From the NCBI RefSeq assembly GCF_963921235.1, contig NC_086097.1, forward strand, positions 186,622,001 through 186,686,000: a DNA stretch of 64,000 nt. The letters are read 5' to 3'. Shown here in pieces: positions 12,971 to 26,915 of the stretch. The position numbers and the translations under genes are program-made. This stretch comes from Mobula hypostoma (lineage: Eukaryota). The first letter of the stretch is position 1, and each line of letters starts with the position of its first letter. The notes beneath the pieces are model-generated. The model saw only the letters and a program-made list of their open reading frames with translations, made no database searches and had not been told where the DNA came from.

Positions 12971-13493
12971 CTAATTTCAAACCTATACTACTTCAGGCTT
13001 TTACTACTCAGGATGGAATTTTCTCTGTTTATCACATACTGATTTACTGCAATTATAAATAATCTAATAGTTGCAACATAACTTCCTGTGCAGAAATCCA
13101 CACAACTGAAATTCCTTGCATTAATCAAGCACAGTACTTCCCTGAAGCTGATTACTATTCATCTAGTTTATACTGTAAAATCCACTTTCTATCCCATACG
13201 TATTCATGTTAATACAATATAGAATGCTTCAGATACTGGGAGTCCACAATAAAAGCAGAAAAAAGCCAAAAACACCATGCTGGTCAGGTAGCATATGTGG
13301 AAACAGAAACATAACATTTAGATCAAGACTCTGTCAGCTAATTTCTAATATTTCACCTTGTAGTTAATCTACAATAAGTAATTGGACTGCGTATATGCAG
13401 GTAGAGTAAAATTGTCCATGATATCAGTGGTCCACAATTTGACTGGTCACCTGCAGCTTTAACCTAATGACACCTTGGAATGACATCCTCCCT

Positions 13494-13661
13494 TGGAGGG
13501 TCAGACACCCTGAGCCAATAGGCTGGTCCTGGACTTATTTCCTGGCACAATTTACATATTACTATTTAACTATTTATGATTTTATTACTATTTATTATTT
13601 ATGGTGCAACTGTAACGAAAACCAGTTTCCCCCGGGATCAATTAAGTATGACTATGACTAA
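13494..13661 (+). mobile_element. Rex1/Babar 3'-end fragment with (TATGAC)n tail
   Basis: Near-identical to the reverse complement of 18490-18665. Confidence 0.75.
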
Positions 13662-14439
13662 CATGCAAGTTAATCTTCAGAGAATCCTGCACGAGGACTC
13701 CCAAGTGCCATTGCACCTCCTGATTTCAGAATTTTCTCCCCTTTATTTCTTCTTCCAAAGTGCATGACCATACCTGTGAGATAGCTCTGGCTGCTGTGCT
13801 TCGTGTCTGTGAGCTTCACAGTGATATGCCTTGTTAGATATTGGAGGAAACTGGAACATCCATGGGGAAGGCCATACAGTTGCAGGAGGAATGTATAAAC
13901 TCTAAGGTTAGGATTGATTGAGTTAGCATGAGCTGTGAGGCAGTAGCTGCATCACTGCCATCCATATGACAGAAATAGAGAACAGAGGCAAATCCACTCT
14001 GATTTACCCCCATTCTCCTTTATCAGAGTTAAATTCATTCATATTCAACAGCTTCAATGTCACTCACTTTCTCCATGGAGTTTATCCAACACCAAACTGT
14101 GCATTTCTTATCAGTGAGCAATCCCATTTTTAAGACCTAATCAGGACTCCTCCCTTGCTATATGTTTATTGTATCAAAAACTGTGTTTGTGTTGCTTCTT
14201 GGACATTACAGATTTTGAACACTTTAATTTTCCTACCTTTTTCCCCCACCAGTGCCCTCACTTTCACATAGCCCATTTCTGCCTCTTCCCTTTCCTTTTC
14301 TGACTTTTCTATCTCTGTCAACCCAGCTACTCTTTCAGTTTTTCTGCTTCTTGAAAGGATTCTATTTCATTATTCCGATTTCAGATTTATTTCAGATACT
14401 GTACATATATTTCATATCATATTTGTCACAAATCTCCAC

Positions 14440-17400
14440 ATAATATTTATCCAAGGTATACACTTGTAGAAAGGAGAGGAAAGAAAGAACAATCAAAAGA
14501 AGAAAACTATGTACAGAGTAGGGAGTGATCTTTTTTTTTACAACATATTCATTGACTTGTGAGAATAAAATCAGGCCTGTGAGGTGTTATGTAGTTAAAC
14601 CATTTTTTCCAGTATGAATAAAATTGTTCCAACTTATGATTAACAGATGCTGTTATCTTCTCCATTTTGTAAATGTCCATTGTAATTTCCATCCAGATGA
14701 ATGCTAACATTGCATCTAAAGTTAGGCTCTCCTGTGATAACCATTTCCTGGTAAGGGTCTTTTTACCAGCCACCAGCAGTACATTCATTAAATATTTATC
14801 TCTTTTCAACCATTCTTGAGGTATATACCCAAAATACATGGTCTTACTCTCTAAGGGTATTTCACATATAAAGATGTCTTGTAGGGCGTTATGTATCCCA
14901 CTCCAATAGTTTTTGATAATGGGGCATTCCCAGAAAATATGATAATGGTTTGCACTTTGATTTCCACAATTTCTCCAGCAGACAGGGGGGTTACTATCAT
15001 AATGGGATTTCTGAGAGGGTGTAATAAAATATTTTGTCAAGTTTTGCCACCCGAACTCCCTCCATTTCTGTGAACTGGTACACTTCCATTGATACCTCCA
15101 TATTATTGTCCATTCTTCCTCAGATATTATTATCCTTCCTTCTCCCATTTTGTCTTAATGTATAAAGTCAAATGTGTTTTAAGATTTGACAAACCCTTAT
15201 ACACACTTGAAATTATTCTACTACTGTTGTCTGAATTATATGCTTTTCTAAATAACTCTATCAGACATGTACTTGCCTTGGTTACTTTTTTACCCGCCCT
15301 GTTAACATTCTGTCGCATCTGTAAATACCGGTAAAAGTCTTGTTTTTCTAATAAGTGTTTCTCTTTGAGCATTTCAAAACTGAACAATGTTCCTTCTTTC
15401 ATTATATTGCAAATAGCTGTTATTCCTTAAGCTGTTCAGTCCTTAAATCTAGCATCCGGTTTATTCGGCATAAAATCTGAGTCATGTGTACACCATTTAA
15501 GAATTGCAATGTCTCTCTCTTGTTTATATTCTTTTATAATAGTTTTCCATATCAAATGCCTTTTCAGTGTCCATACTTATCACTATTGCTTCAATTTCAT
15601 TTTTTGTATATGATCCATAATGTGAAGTGTCCTTTGTATATTGTCTTGTGTTTGGCATTGTTGTATAAAACCTGTCTGATCATTATGTATCAGTGTGGGT
15701 AGAAAATCTTCTAATCATTTGGCCATGATGGAGGTAAATATTCTATAATCCACATTAAGAACAAATATTGGTCTAAATGACCCACATTCCATTTCATCCT
15801 TGCCTTCTCTCGGTATAGCTGAGATTATCGCCTCCTTCCAGCTGGGTGGTATTTGTGCCTTTCTTAGGGCCCAGTTCAGTGTGGGGAGTAAAACAGGAAT
15901 TAACTCACTTCTAAACTCTTTATACCACTCTGCCGTATATCCATCTGATCCTGGTGACTTGCTTAATTTAAGCCTACTAATTGCAGTTTTTAGTTCAGCG
16001 TCAGTTATGTCAGCAGTCATCATTCTATTTTGTTCTTTGCTTAAAGTGGGTAACTCTAAAGAATTCAGGAGGTATTAATTTGGGTTATGCTTCCCCCTGG
16101 AACTTTGGAATATAGAGTTTTGTAAAACATTTCAAAAACTTCTTGAGTTTCACTTAGCTTATTTTTTTTTATCACTTTTGTTCTTGGATCCCTAATTCTA
16201 TGAATGTATTTTCTGCTTTTTTTTTTCAGTCTCCACACCAGTATTTTCATAGATTTAAATCCACTTTCATAGTGTCTCTGTTTCAGAAACATTCCTTTTT
16301 TTTCTAATTTCTTGTGTAGCCGAACTATTAATTTCATTCCAATCTTTAAAATTTCCTCTAGTGCATCCTGTGCCAAACTCAGTTTGTTTTTTTTCTAGTT
16401 CCTTCAGCTTATTTTGTAATTCCTCTAATGTTTTATTCTTTTTTTCTTGTATGAAGATATCGCTACAATTTTCCCTCTTAAGACAGCCTTCAGACTATCC
16501 CATAGAATGGGAGGTGAAACCTCTTCATTATCATTGAATTCTAAGTAAAGACCAATTTCTTTTTTAGTTTGTTCCTTAAAATAGGAATCATTGAGTAGAC
16601 TTGAATTTAGTTTCCAAATACTATTCTTTGGTTGTAGGTCAAAATCAACAGATAAATATATAGGTGCATAGTCACTTACATCTATTGTCCCAATTCCACA
16701 GGTGATTATTTTGTCTCCGTCTTTCCCAAATGTTATGAAATTAGTCTATTCTTGTATATACGGAATGGGCGGCAGAATAATGAGTGTAATCGCTTCTTTT
16801 GGGGAAAGGTCCCTCCATTTATCAATTAGACCAACATCGTCAAAAAGAGTGTTAACTTTCTTATCTAAGGACTTTGTTTCATACAGTTTTCTATTGGAAG
16901 AGTCTAACTTTGGTTGTAATTGTAAATTTAACGCTCCTCCAAGAGACCTTCTGCTTCTGTTATCATAATATTAGTAGTTTTCTGGAAGAAACTAATATTA
17001 CTTCCTGGGGGTGCATATATATTCAATAAAGTAACTGGATTTCCACCTATATTCCCCCTTACCAGAATATATCAGCCATCCTTATCTCCCATTTCGAAAA
17101 CTTTTTCAAAGTTTAGCTTGCTTGAGATGAGAACAGCAACTCCTCTTCTATGTCCTGATTTATGAGGAGAAAAACAAATTAGTTAAGTTCATTTTCTTTA
17201 ATTTTCCATGCTCATTGTCATTTAAGTGAGTTTCCTGTAAATATGCTACATGTCTTGTTCTTTTTTCATTTTTGATAGAATTTTACTGTGCTTGACTGGA
17301 TTCAACAGCCCATTGACATCAAAAGAAATGAATTTTACTTTGTCCTTAGCCATGTGCTTTTATCTGTTAGTATATCATTGAATTTTGCAGAATATAACTT

Positions 17401-19810
17401 AATCTTCTACTCCCTGAACAAATAAGAGCCAAGAAATGCGAATAATAATAACAAAAAAAGGTAATGAAGGTGTGATTCCAAGGCTGGGGTCTCTAGATGA
17501 CCCTGGGTTGATCCGTGGGGGATAGCCCCTCCTACCTGTGAGTTGAGGGCCCCCGCTGCAGTTCCTATAAAAGTAAGTTTAAAAAAAATCTATGTCCATT
17601 ACACAGAAATGATTTCCCTGTGCATTCCTCCCATGTGTATATTCTCATTTAGGAGGGGAAAAAGGAATGAATGAATTTTTTAAAATTGACTAATATAAAA
17701 TCCACATTATAATACATATTTCTCGAGATAGGTATATCACCGTCTATTTTTGCTTCCGTTTAGTTTATCAGCACTTTTAAAGTTAGCCAAACCTTATGGC
17801 TCTTCTGGGGGAGGTGAGGGCTGCCCTTGGAGAACTCACAGTCTCCTCCTAATATCCTTCTCTCATCCTGCTCCCGTCCCCTGCTTTCTTGGTTCTCCTA
17901 CTACTTCCCAAGCAGATCGGGATAACTGCTCAGCCAGACTTACCCTTGGTTTGACCACGCTAATGGGCAGTCCTCTGTTCTTCATGTCTGTAGTCACCTC
18001 TTCCACCATCTGATATAGTTGTATCCCTTCTTGGTAAAATACCCTCAGTTTAGCAGGGTACAGGGTTTGGAATTTAATCTTTTCTTGCTTTATTATTCGT
18101 TTTGCTTTGAAATATTCTTTCCGTTTCTGTAGGACTGCCGGGGGGTAATCATGATCGAAGCATATTAACTTCCCATTCCAAAGAACCCTCTTCTTACCCC
18201 AGGCCCTCCGTAGAATCTCCGCCTTGCTCTTGAATTGAAGGAATCTAAGTACTATTGAGCGCGACTTACTTTCTCTGTCTCCAGGAGGCCGCGGAATGAG
18301 CGAACGATGCGCCCTCTCAATTTCAATCTCCATAGTTAGGGCTTCCAGCGCTTCCTGCAGCAGCTTGTCTGCAAAGTCTGTCATCGACAATCCCTCCGCT
18401 CCTTCGGGAACATTATAAATCCTGATATTTTTCCGTTGCGATCTTCCTGGTCAAGCAATTTACTTTCCTGTTGATTTAATATTTTTATCATAGTCATAGT
18501 CATAGTCATACTTTATTGATCCCAGGGGAAATTGGTTTTCATTACAGTTGCACCATAAATAATTAAATAGTAATAAAACCATAAATATTTAATAGTAATA
18601 TGTAAATTATGCCAGGAAATGTCCAGAACCAGCCTATTGGCTCAGGGTGTCTGACCCTCCAGGGGAGGAGTTGTAAAGTTTGATGGCCACAGGCAGGAAT
18701 GACTTCCTATGACGCTCCGTGTTGCATCTCGGTGGAATAAGTCTCTGGCTGAATGTACCCCTGTGCCCAACCAGTACATTATGTAGTGGCTGGGAGACAT
18801 TGTCCAAGATGGCATGCAACTTGCACAGCATCCTCTTTTCAGACACCACTGTCAGACAGTCCAGTTCCATCCCCACAACATCACTGACCTTACAAATGAG
18901 TTTGTTGATTCTGTTGGTGTCTGCTACTCTCAGCCTGCTGCCCCAGCACACAACAGCAAACAGGATCGCACTGGCCACCACAGACTTGTAGAACATCCTC
19001 AGCGTCGTCCGGCAGATGTTAAAGGACCTCAGTCTCCTCAGGAAATAGAGACAGCTCTGACCCTTCTTGTAGACGGCCTCAGTGTTCTTTGACCAGTCCA
19101 GTTTATTGTCAATTCGTATCCCCAGGTATTTGTAATCCTCCACCATGTCCACACTGACCCCTTGGATGGAAACAGGGGTCACCAGTACCTTAGCTCTCCT
19201 CAGGTCTACCATCAGCTCCTTAGCCTTTTTCACATTAAGCTGCAGATAATTCTGCTCACACCATGTGACAAAGTTTCCTAGGGTAGCCCTGTACTCAGCC
19301 TCATCTCCCTTGCTAATGCATCCATCTATGGCAGAGTCATCAGAAAACTTCTGAATTTGACAAGACTCTGTGCAGTAGTTGAAGTCCGAGTATCTTAGTA
19401 TCTGTTCCACGTTTTGCACGCGATCTTCCACCTTCTCAATTCGAGTCTCTGCCACTGCTATTTTCTTATTGACTTTGGTGAGCTCTGACTTGATATCGTT
19501 CAGTTGCTGTTTTATATCTTTTTGGACTTCTCTTATCTCTTCCAGAATCTTTATCATATTTGCCGCTTCGCTTGCACGAGGCCCTGTGTCAGCTTCGCTG
19601 CCACGCACACGTGCAGGAGAGCCGCGCGTTGTACCTCTCTCTTCCATAGACTCCGCTATGGTGCTTTTTTTAATCTCCATTCTTTTACCCCATTCTTGCC
19701 CCCCTTATCAATTCAGATATTTTCGAAAGATCTTGTATTTGATGGATTAACAGGGCAAAATATGTGTTTTTCCAGAGGAGCTATTGACTTAAGCTGCCAT
19801 TCTGAACGAT
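14440..19810 (-). mobile_element. L1-clade LINE, near full length but decayed and internally deleted
   Basis: ORF1 pieces 19680-19390 and 18390-17863 (IERAHRS, FDHDYPP, LYPAKLRV); ORF2 starts at 17353 MAKDKVKFISFDVNGL (APE endonuclease), KSPGSDGYTAEWYK..SFRPI, C-terminal CWRNC..HIFWEC; RT core missing near 15700. Confidence 0.88.
18490..19390 (-). mobile_element. Rex1/Babar LINE 3' part nested in L1 ORF1
   Basis: IQKFSDDSAI..LQLNVKKAKEL..YKYLG..LYFLRRLRSF..SFLPVAIKLYN; (TATGAC)n tail at 18490-18511. Confidence 0.88.
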
Positions 19811-19879
19811 GATGTCACCAAAACCCCCATGTTTTGTCTCTACTAAAAAGCAAGTATTGATAAGGAATGAGATGAAAAA

Positions 19880-21130
19880 GCAGAATTTAAGAACAGGCAT
19901 GTTAGCAGAAAGCCAACATGGATTTAGAAAGGGGAAATCGTGTTTTATTAATATGCTGGAGTTCTATGAAGAGGCAACTAAAATTTATGATAACAATAGA
20001 GCAGTTGATGTTATTTACTTGAACTTTCAGAAGGCTTTTGACAAGGTACCCAGCAAGGGGTTAATAATCAAATTACAGGAGTTAGGGATTCGAGTAAGCT
20101 GTGTGAATGCATGCTGATTTGACTCAAAAACAGAAAACAAGAAGTTATGGTGAGAGGAACATTTTTACACATAGAAGATGTTAAAAGTAGGGTTCTGCAA
20201 GGATCAGTTTTGGGCCTGCTGCTGCATTTTAATTTGCATTAATGATTTGGATGAGCACATAACAAATAAGCTGGTAAAGTTTGCAGATGATACAAAATTG
20301 GTGAGACGGGCTAATAACATTCAGGTAGCAGAATCAACACAGTTCAAACTTAAAAAAAAACAGATGTGGGAAGAGAAGTGGCAGATGAAAGTTAATATAA
20401 GTAAATGTGAAATATTGCATACAGGAAGTGGAAATATTAGATACAAATATGCAATGGGGGGGTCTTGAGTTAGAAAGTGCACTGTACGAGGATAATTTGG
20501 GTGTCCTGGTGGAATCATCATTATCAACAACTAGACAACATACAGAAGCGATTAGGAAGACTAATAGAATGTTGAGCTATGTAATGTACTCATTGGTGTT
20601 CAAGTCTAGAGACGCTCTCCTTGAGCTGTATAATGCACTTGAGGCCACACCTTGAGTACTGTGTACAATTTTGCTCTCCATATTTTGTGATGCATATGAA
20701 GGCACTGAACATTTTCAGAGAAAGGCGATTAGACTATGCATTGTATGAGCAATGAAGAAAGATTGAAAACATTAGATCTTTTTAGCCTAAGTAGATGTTG
20801 AATGAGAGGAGACATGATAGCAGTGTTCAAAATCATTAAGGGTGTAAGTAAAGTGGATGCCAGCAGCTACTTCGAAATTAATCCATCAATGAGGACACCG
20901 GGCCATAGGTGGAGACTGGCTAAAGGGAGATTTCAAACTAACATTAGGAAGCATTTCTTTACACAGAGCTGTGGACACATGGAACAAACTACCTAGTTGT
21001 GTAGTTGAGAGTAGTACCTTATAAAACTTTCAAATCTAAACTTGATAGTTATTTCAACACAGTATGTGAATAGAAATTTGGCAAGCTTTAATGCATTGAA
21101 TGGCCTATTCTCAAAACTTTCTAATGCTCA
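19880..21130 (+). mobile_element. CR1 LINE RT/3' fragment
   Basis: SQHGFRKGKSC..VDVIYLNFQKAFDKVP; KFADDTKL; RGDMIAVFKI. Confidence 0.85.
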
Positions 21131-21259
21131 AATTAGAACAAATGCTTTTAAGACTCTTTCATTAATTACGGTTTCCCCTTCTACCATTGATAACAGGGTT
21201 TCTCCTCTTGTTTTATAAACTCTGGTCTCACCCATTCCCCTCACAGCCATAACAAGCAG

Positions 21260-21755
21260 AAACATAGAAACATAGACATAGAAACATAGAAAATAGGTGC
21301 AGGAGTAGGCCATTCGGCCCTTCGAGCCTGCACCGCCATTTATTATGATCATGGCTGATCATCCAACTCAGAACCCAGCCTTCCCTCCATACCCCCTGAC
21401 CCCTGTAGCCACAAGGGCCATATCTAACTCCCTCTTAAACATAGCCAATGAACTGGCCTCAACAGTTTGCTGTGGCAGAGAATTCCACAGATTCACCACC
21501 CTCTGTGTGAAGAAGTTTTTCCTAATCTCGGTCCTAAAAGGCTTCCCCTCTATCCTCAAACTGTGGCCCCTCGTTCTGGACCTCCCCAACATCGGGAACA
21601 ATCTTCCCGCATCTAGCCTGTCCAATCCCTTTAGGATCTTATACGTTTCAATCAGATCCCCCCTCAATCTTCTAAATTCCAACGAGTACAAGCCCAGTTC
21701 ATCCAGTCTTTCTTCATATGAAAGACCTGCCATCCCAGGAATCAATCTGGTGAAG
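21260..21755 (-). mobile_element. Young CR1 3' end with (ATAGAAAC)n tail, inserted into a Penelope remnant
   Basis: Uninterrupted FTRLIPGMAGLSYEERL..FFTQRVVNLWNSLP; CpGs retained. Confidence 0.88.
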
Positions 21756-22640
21756 GTTCTCATTGCGCTCTTCTTCCACTGCACCTGCCTTTTCATTCAG
21801 CAGATCATCTTCCATAATTTTTACTACCTTCAATTGGATTCCACCGCCAGACACATCTCACACTTCTTTCAGCATTGTGGAGGGACTATTCCTTGCACAA
21901 CTTCCTGGCCTGGTCTTCCATCTCCACTAACCACTCCTCTTGTATTTATGATTTGCTACTCTTATTTCTCATCTCTCTACTATAGAAACCCAAATACTCT
22001 TTCCATGTGAAGCAGTAATTTGCTTGCATATTTTCCCAGTTTGGTGTATTTCATTTGGTGATCATGATGTGGTCATCTTGACATTGCAAAAACAAACTAT
22101 AGATCTGGAGTCCTGTTTTGCAGAATGCTTTCATTAAATCTGAGGTTAATCATAAACTTGTGGTTATCTGTCACTTTAATTCTGTTCCACACCTATCCTG
22201 AACTGTCTTCATCTGCATCCTAGGGACTTGATGTATTGAACAATTTCAGGGGAACAGGCGTGATTTATTTTACTTCCAAAGATACAGCTGTACTGTTCTG
22301 TTTTTTTTCCCAGTCTAACAGCTGTTTTTTTTAACCCTGAAAACTTGATTTACATCCTATCACAGTTGTTTTGTTCTCTCCACTGCTTTCCCTTATTTCC
22401 AACCTTTTTGAACTCTGATGGAAGGTCTCTGACCACAAATATTAACCCTGTCTTTCTGGGAAAAGAGAACAGTCAACGTATCGGGACGAAACCCTTCCGT
22501 CCTGCCGAAGGGTTTTGGCCCAAAACATTGACTCTACTCCTTTCCTAGAAGGCTGCCTCTCCTGCTGAGTTCCTCCAGTACTTTTGTGTGTATTGCTTGG
22601 ATTTCCAGCATCCGCAGATTTTTTTTTCTTGTTTGTGATT
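21756..22640 (+). mobile_element. Degenerate Penelope-like fragment and terminal repeats
   Basis: Resembles the reverse complement of 55750-56850; ends in hammerhead-bearing terminal sequence at 22395-22640. Confidence 0.65.
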
Positions 22641-25147
22641 AAACCCTGTTTTTCTTTTGCTGCTTGAGATTTGATTCCTGCTATCTCAAAGGGCACCTAA
22701 AGCCACAATCATATTGTGTGTGCTCATGTGCTGCCTTCTATAGTCAGCCTGATCAAAGCCCTCGTGTCTCTTCTGTAGTGGAATCCAGCTATGTCACAAC
22801 CGTCTGAGCTGACACACAAACTGCTCTTTCGCTTTGGCCCATGTGCAATTCATTTGTGCCTAATGATCGCTCGTGTGCAAATACAACCTTGAACCAGTGT
22901 CTGGGACAGTAATAGGGTGCATTTACTTTCCTTGCTATATAGCAACTATCTAGCTCCTCCTGACTAATTGTCTTTTTTTTCTAGAATACAGTATCTGAAA
23001 AGAAAAGAAAATATGGGGATATGTTTACATCTTGTACATCAAGGTTGTTGAATGAGATGGCAATACACACAAGAGGAGGTTTTGCCATGGCAGTTCCAGT
23101 GACTTTTTCCTTCAGTGTACTGATTCAATGCAGAGTACAGTAGTTGTCTGCAAGAGTGTGTGGTATTTAATATGTTCAGGCAACATTCTTGCAGTCACTA
23201 AATAACTGGAAGCTGTAGACTAAGGTGTTGAAACAGTGCTAAGTACTGTACTTCAGAAGGTGTGATTGTGTGTTGGGGGTGTTGTGGGTTCAATGTTATT
23301 TTCTAGTGCTGCTTAATAAAGATTGCCATTAAGTGAGTTGGAGCATGTCGAACAGAGTTGTATGTGAAATTGTTAATGACTTTTGTGGTATATTTATGGT
23401 AACACAAGTCTGTGCTAATCGATTTCATCTTGTGATTTATTAAGTTAAATATACTGTTCTGATAATATGCATAGGATAACATGAAATCCTATGAAGATAG
23501 ATAAATGGGGCAGCAATTTATTCTCAATTGCTCTTAAGGCACCATAAAGTAATAGCTGCACATTGTACTTTAGAAATTCAGTTCTATTGATTTCAATGTG
23601 AATAATTAAAATTGGCATTTTCTGCAGTCACTTCTGCAAGGTCATTACATTCAACTTTGCTATTTATATTGACATGGTTCCAGTTAAGATTTGCTTGTGG
23701 TGATCTTGCCAAGAATATTATTTTAAAATACTTGGTACAAAACAGCTGAATGTGCTTTATTTTACACAGTGGAGACTAGTATTTTCTTATGTGTTAGGAA
23801 CTAGAGAAAATTGAGTCTTTGAAAACAGACTTGGGGATAATAATGCAATAACGGTTTGCTCAAGGGAGACTGTTATTATATTATCACTACAGTACACAAT
23901 GCCAAATTCATTATAGTACTTTTGTTCCTGGAGCCCAAACTTTCTAAAATGACATCTGCTTGCACTGTTTCTGTGTTAAGGACCTGTCAGCTCTTGTCCT
24001 GCACTGATGATCCTGTAGCAATTAGAGCAGGGGTTCCCAGCCTGGTATTGTATTTATTACTTCTGTGGATCCCTCGGTTACTGTTGAGGCTCTACAGTGT
24101 TTTCTTTTTTTAAAAAAAAAGGGGAAACTCCAGAGTTGGAGTGTATGTAACGTGCTTGGGTGTTGAGTAAGCCACTGGGCTAATGTACCAACGTTAACTA
24201 GGAGGACTAGTGCTGGCAAGCTGGGCCGGGCTGTGTGGCCATGTCAGAATGCATATTGGCTGGAACAGTGAGAGTTAGGAATAGACTTTCTGTGTAAGTG
24301 GTCTCAGGCCATTGAGCTAGTTACCAGGGCTGGGGAGAGCCAATAACTTGGGTGTTTTTTTTGGGGGGGGGGCGGGGATATTCCATCTCATCTACCAGGA
24401 GGAGATCAGATAATGCAGGTGGATTGTTAACACATAGCGAAAAGCTGTTCAGTCCGCTCCAGGTGTGGTCTGACCAAATCTGTATAAGCCTCAACATTTT
24501 ATACTCGCTTTTATATTATAACTCTTAAAATAAATCCCAAGCAATGGACTCTACATGCTGATCTTGGCCAGAATGCAGCCTTGTGCTCCACATCTCGGTG
24601 CTAAACATATGCATTGCTCACCTCCAACCCAGCCAATACCAGCCCTCATGGCAGATGTTGCTCATTGCCTTGCTGGTTAACTCCACACTAACCAGCAGAT
24701 ATTGTGATTACTTCCACGATGTTGTTGCTGCTGGCTCTGCTGCAGAGGCCCGAGTCTTTCACATGAACTCCTACCTTCTTTGTACGTAGAAGCTGAGAGG
24801 ATATGGGTCTACACCAGGTTTCTGACAGTGCAACACTGTCTGTAATGTAATGACCCTCAAATGCTAACTTTATTAACTCCTCCATTTCTGGGCACACATG
24901 CTGTGTTTTAGCAAAGCACTATACTCAGTAACCCTATAGTTGGTAATGCTTAACCAAGTTATTCATTGGCTGTGTAGCTTGGTAAGGAGCCCAGCATCAA
25001 CTCTGGGGGTGATGAAGTCAGTTTAAAGCTCACCTACCCTATAGAAGATGGAAGGTGAAGATTGCAGGTATTCTACAAGATGAGTTGGGAAGTGTCAAGA
25101 AATGACAAATCCAAGCTTGCACATTCCACAGTCCCGAGTGATGCGTC

Positions 25148-25345
25148 ACATACAAAATTCTGGAGGATTTGGGTCAGGCTGCATCTAAGGGGAATAAGCA
25201 GCTGATGTTTCAGCCAAGACTGTGAATGGTCTCAGCCCAAAATGTCAACTGCTTATTCCCCTCCATAGATGCTGCCTGAACTGCTGAATTTCCAAGTATG
25301 TCTGTGTGTTGCTCTATATTTCAAGCATCTGCAGAATCTCCTGTG
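25148..25345. repeat. Palindromic pair of Penelope terminal fragments
   Basis: GGGGAATAAGCAG (25189) versus CTGCTTATTCCCC (25249); arms extend about 70 bp each side. Confidence 0.7.
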
Positions 25346-25824
25346 TTTATTCTTGGTGCATGTAGTGCAGAGTGTATGAAGTCCTTTTATCACCTCTGGT
25401 TAGAAAGGCCATTAGGCAAGGACTGTGGGAGATGGCTGGGACACTTGGTGCCAGGGCTCAACCCTCATAGCCTTTATGTTGCAAAAAAATTCACCTCAAC
25501 ATTAGTAAAATCTTAAAGTGTGTAGTGCAATAACGCATCATTTAGCACTAATGGCATAATTTCCTACAACAATATCTATATCCCACAATGTCATTGTGCA
25601 TTTAGCAATGCTACAACCTTCACAACAATTTTGTTTTCCACAGCTTGCACACAATGGGTAGATTACATAATTATGTGCCACTCAGTAGGACAATCCTCCT
25701 ATCCCTTGCAGGACAGTAAGAGTAGGCAAGACTCCTTGGAGGACATAGTACTCTTAACTGGAGTAGCCATTGTCAGCATCAAAGCTGAAACCATAGACCG
25801 TGGGGATATACTCACACCACGTAG

Positions 25825-26915
25825 AACATGGCATAGGAACAGGCACTTCAGCCCACACGTTGCGTTGAGTCAATTAAATTACTAATCAGACAGCTAACTA
25901 AACTATTCTCCTCTTCCTACACAATGTCCATATGCTTCCGTTTCCCTCATATGTATGTGCCTATCTAAATGTCCCTTAAAAGTCTCTAATGTTTCTTTCA
26001 CTACCACTACCCCAGGCACCAATCACATTGTGTTTTTTTTAAATAAATAAATGCCTCTCACATCTCCTTTAAAATTGCCCACTCTCACTTTAATGCATGC
26101 CATCTGGTACTAGACATTTCAACCCCCTGGAAAAAGAAATTGTCTGTCTCCAGGCGATCTTGCAAGTCTCTATCAAATTTCCCCTCACCCTCTGCCACCC
26201 CGAAGAAAACAATCAAAGTTTGTCCAACCTTTTGTTAGAACACATGGCCTCCAAGATATTACCAGGCAATATCCTGGTAATCCTCTTCTGCATCCTCTCC
26301 AAAGCCTCAACATCCTTTTAATGGGGTGACCAGAACTATATGCAACACTCCAGATGCTGCAACATAGCTTCCTGATTTTTTTAAACTCAATTCCTCAACT
26401 AATAAAGGCAAGTATGCAACATGCAGTCTTAACCACCTTATCAACCTGTGTGGCCACTTTTGGGGACCTGTGAACTTGGACCCCAGGATCCCTCTGCTCA
26501 TCAACACTGTGAAGGATCTCGCCCTTAACAGTATACTGTCACCTTGTATTTGACCTACCAAGGTGCAACACATCACATTTGTCTGGGTTCAGCTCCATCT
26601 GTAATTTCAAGCCTATATCTACAATTGATCTATTTTTCACTGTATTCTTTGCCAGTCATCGACAGAGGTCCCAGTACAGATCCTATGCAGAGCAGCACTA
26701 ATCAAACTTCCAACTGGAATAAGTCCCTGTGAATAATACCTTTGTCTTCTATGGGCAAGCTAGTCTGAATCCAAGTGGCCAATTCACTATTGATCCCAAG
26801 CATCCTATTCTTCTGGATGAGCATCCCAGGAGGGACCTTGTCAAATTTTTTAAAATCCATGTGAACAACATCCATAGCTCTACCTTCATCAATCACCCTT
26901 GTCACCTCATCAAAA
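25825..26915 (-). mobile_element. CR1 fragment
   Basis: FDEVTRVIDEGRAMDVVHMDFKKFDKVP plus CR1 3' end. Confidence 0.8.
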
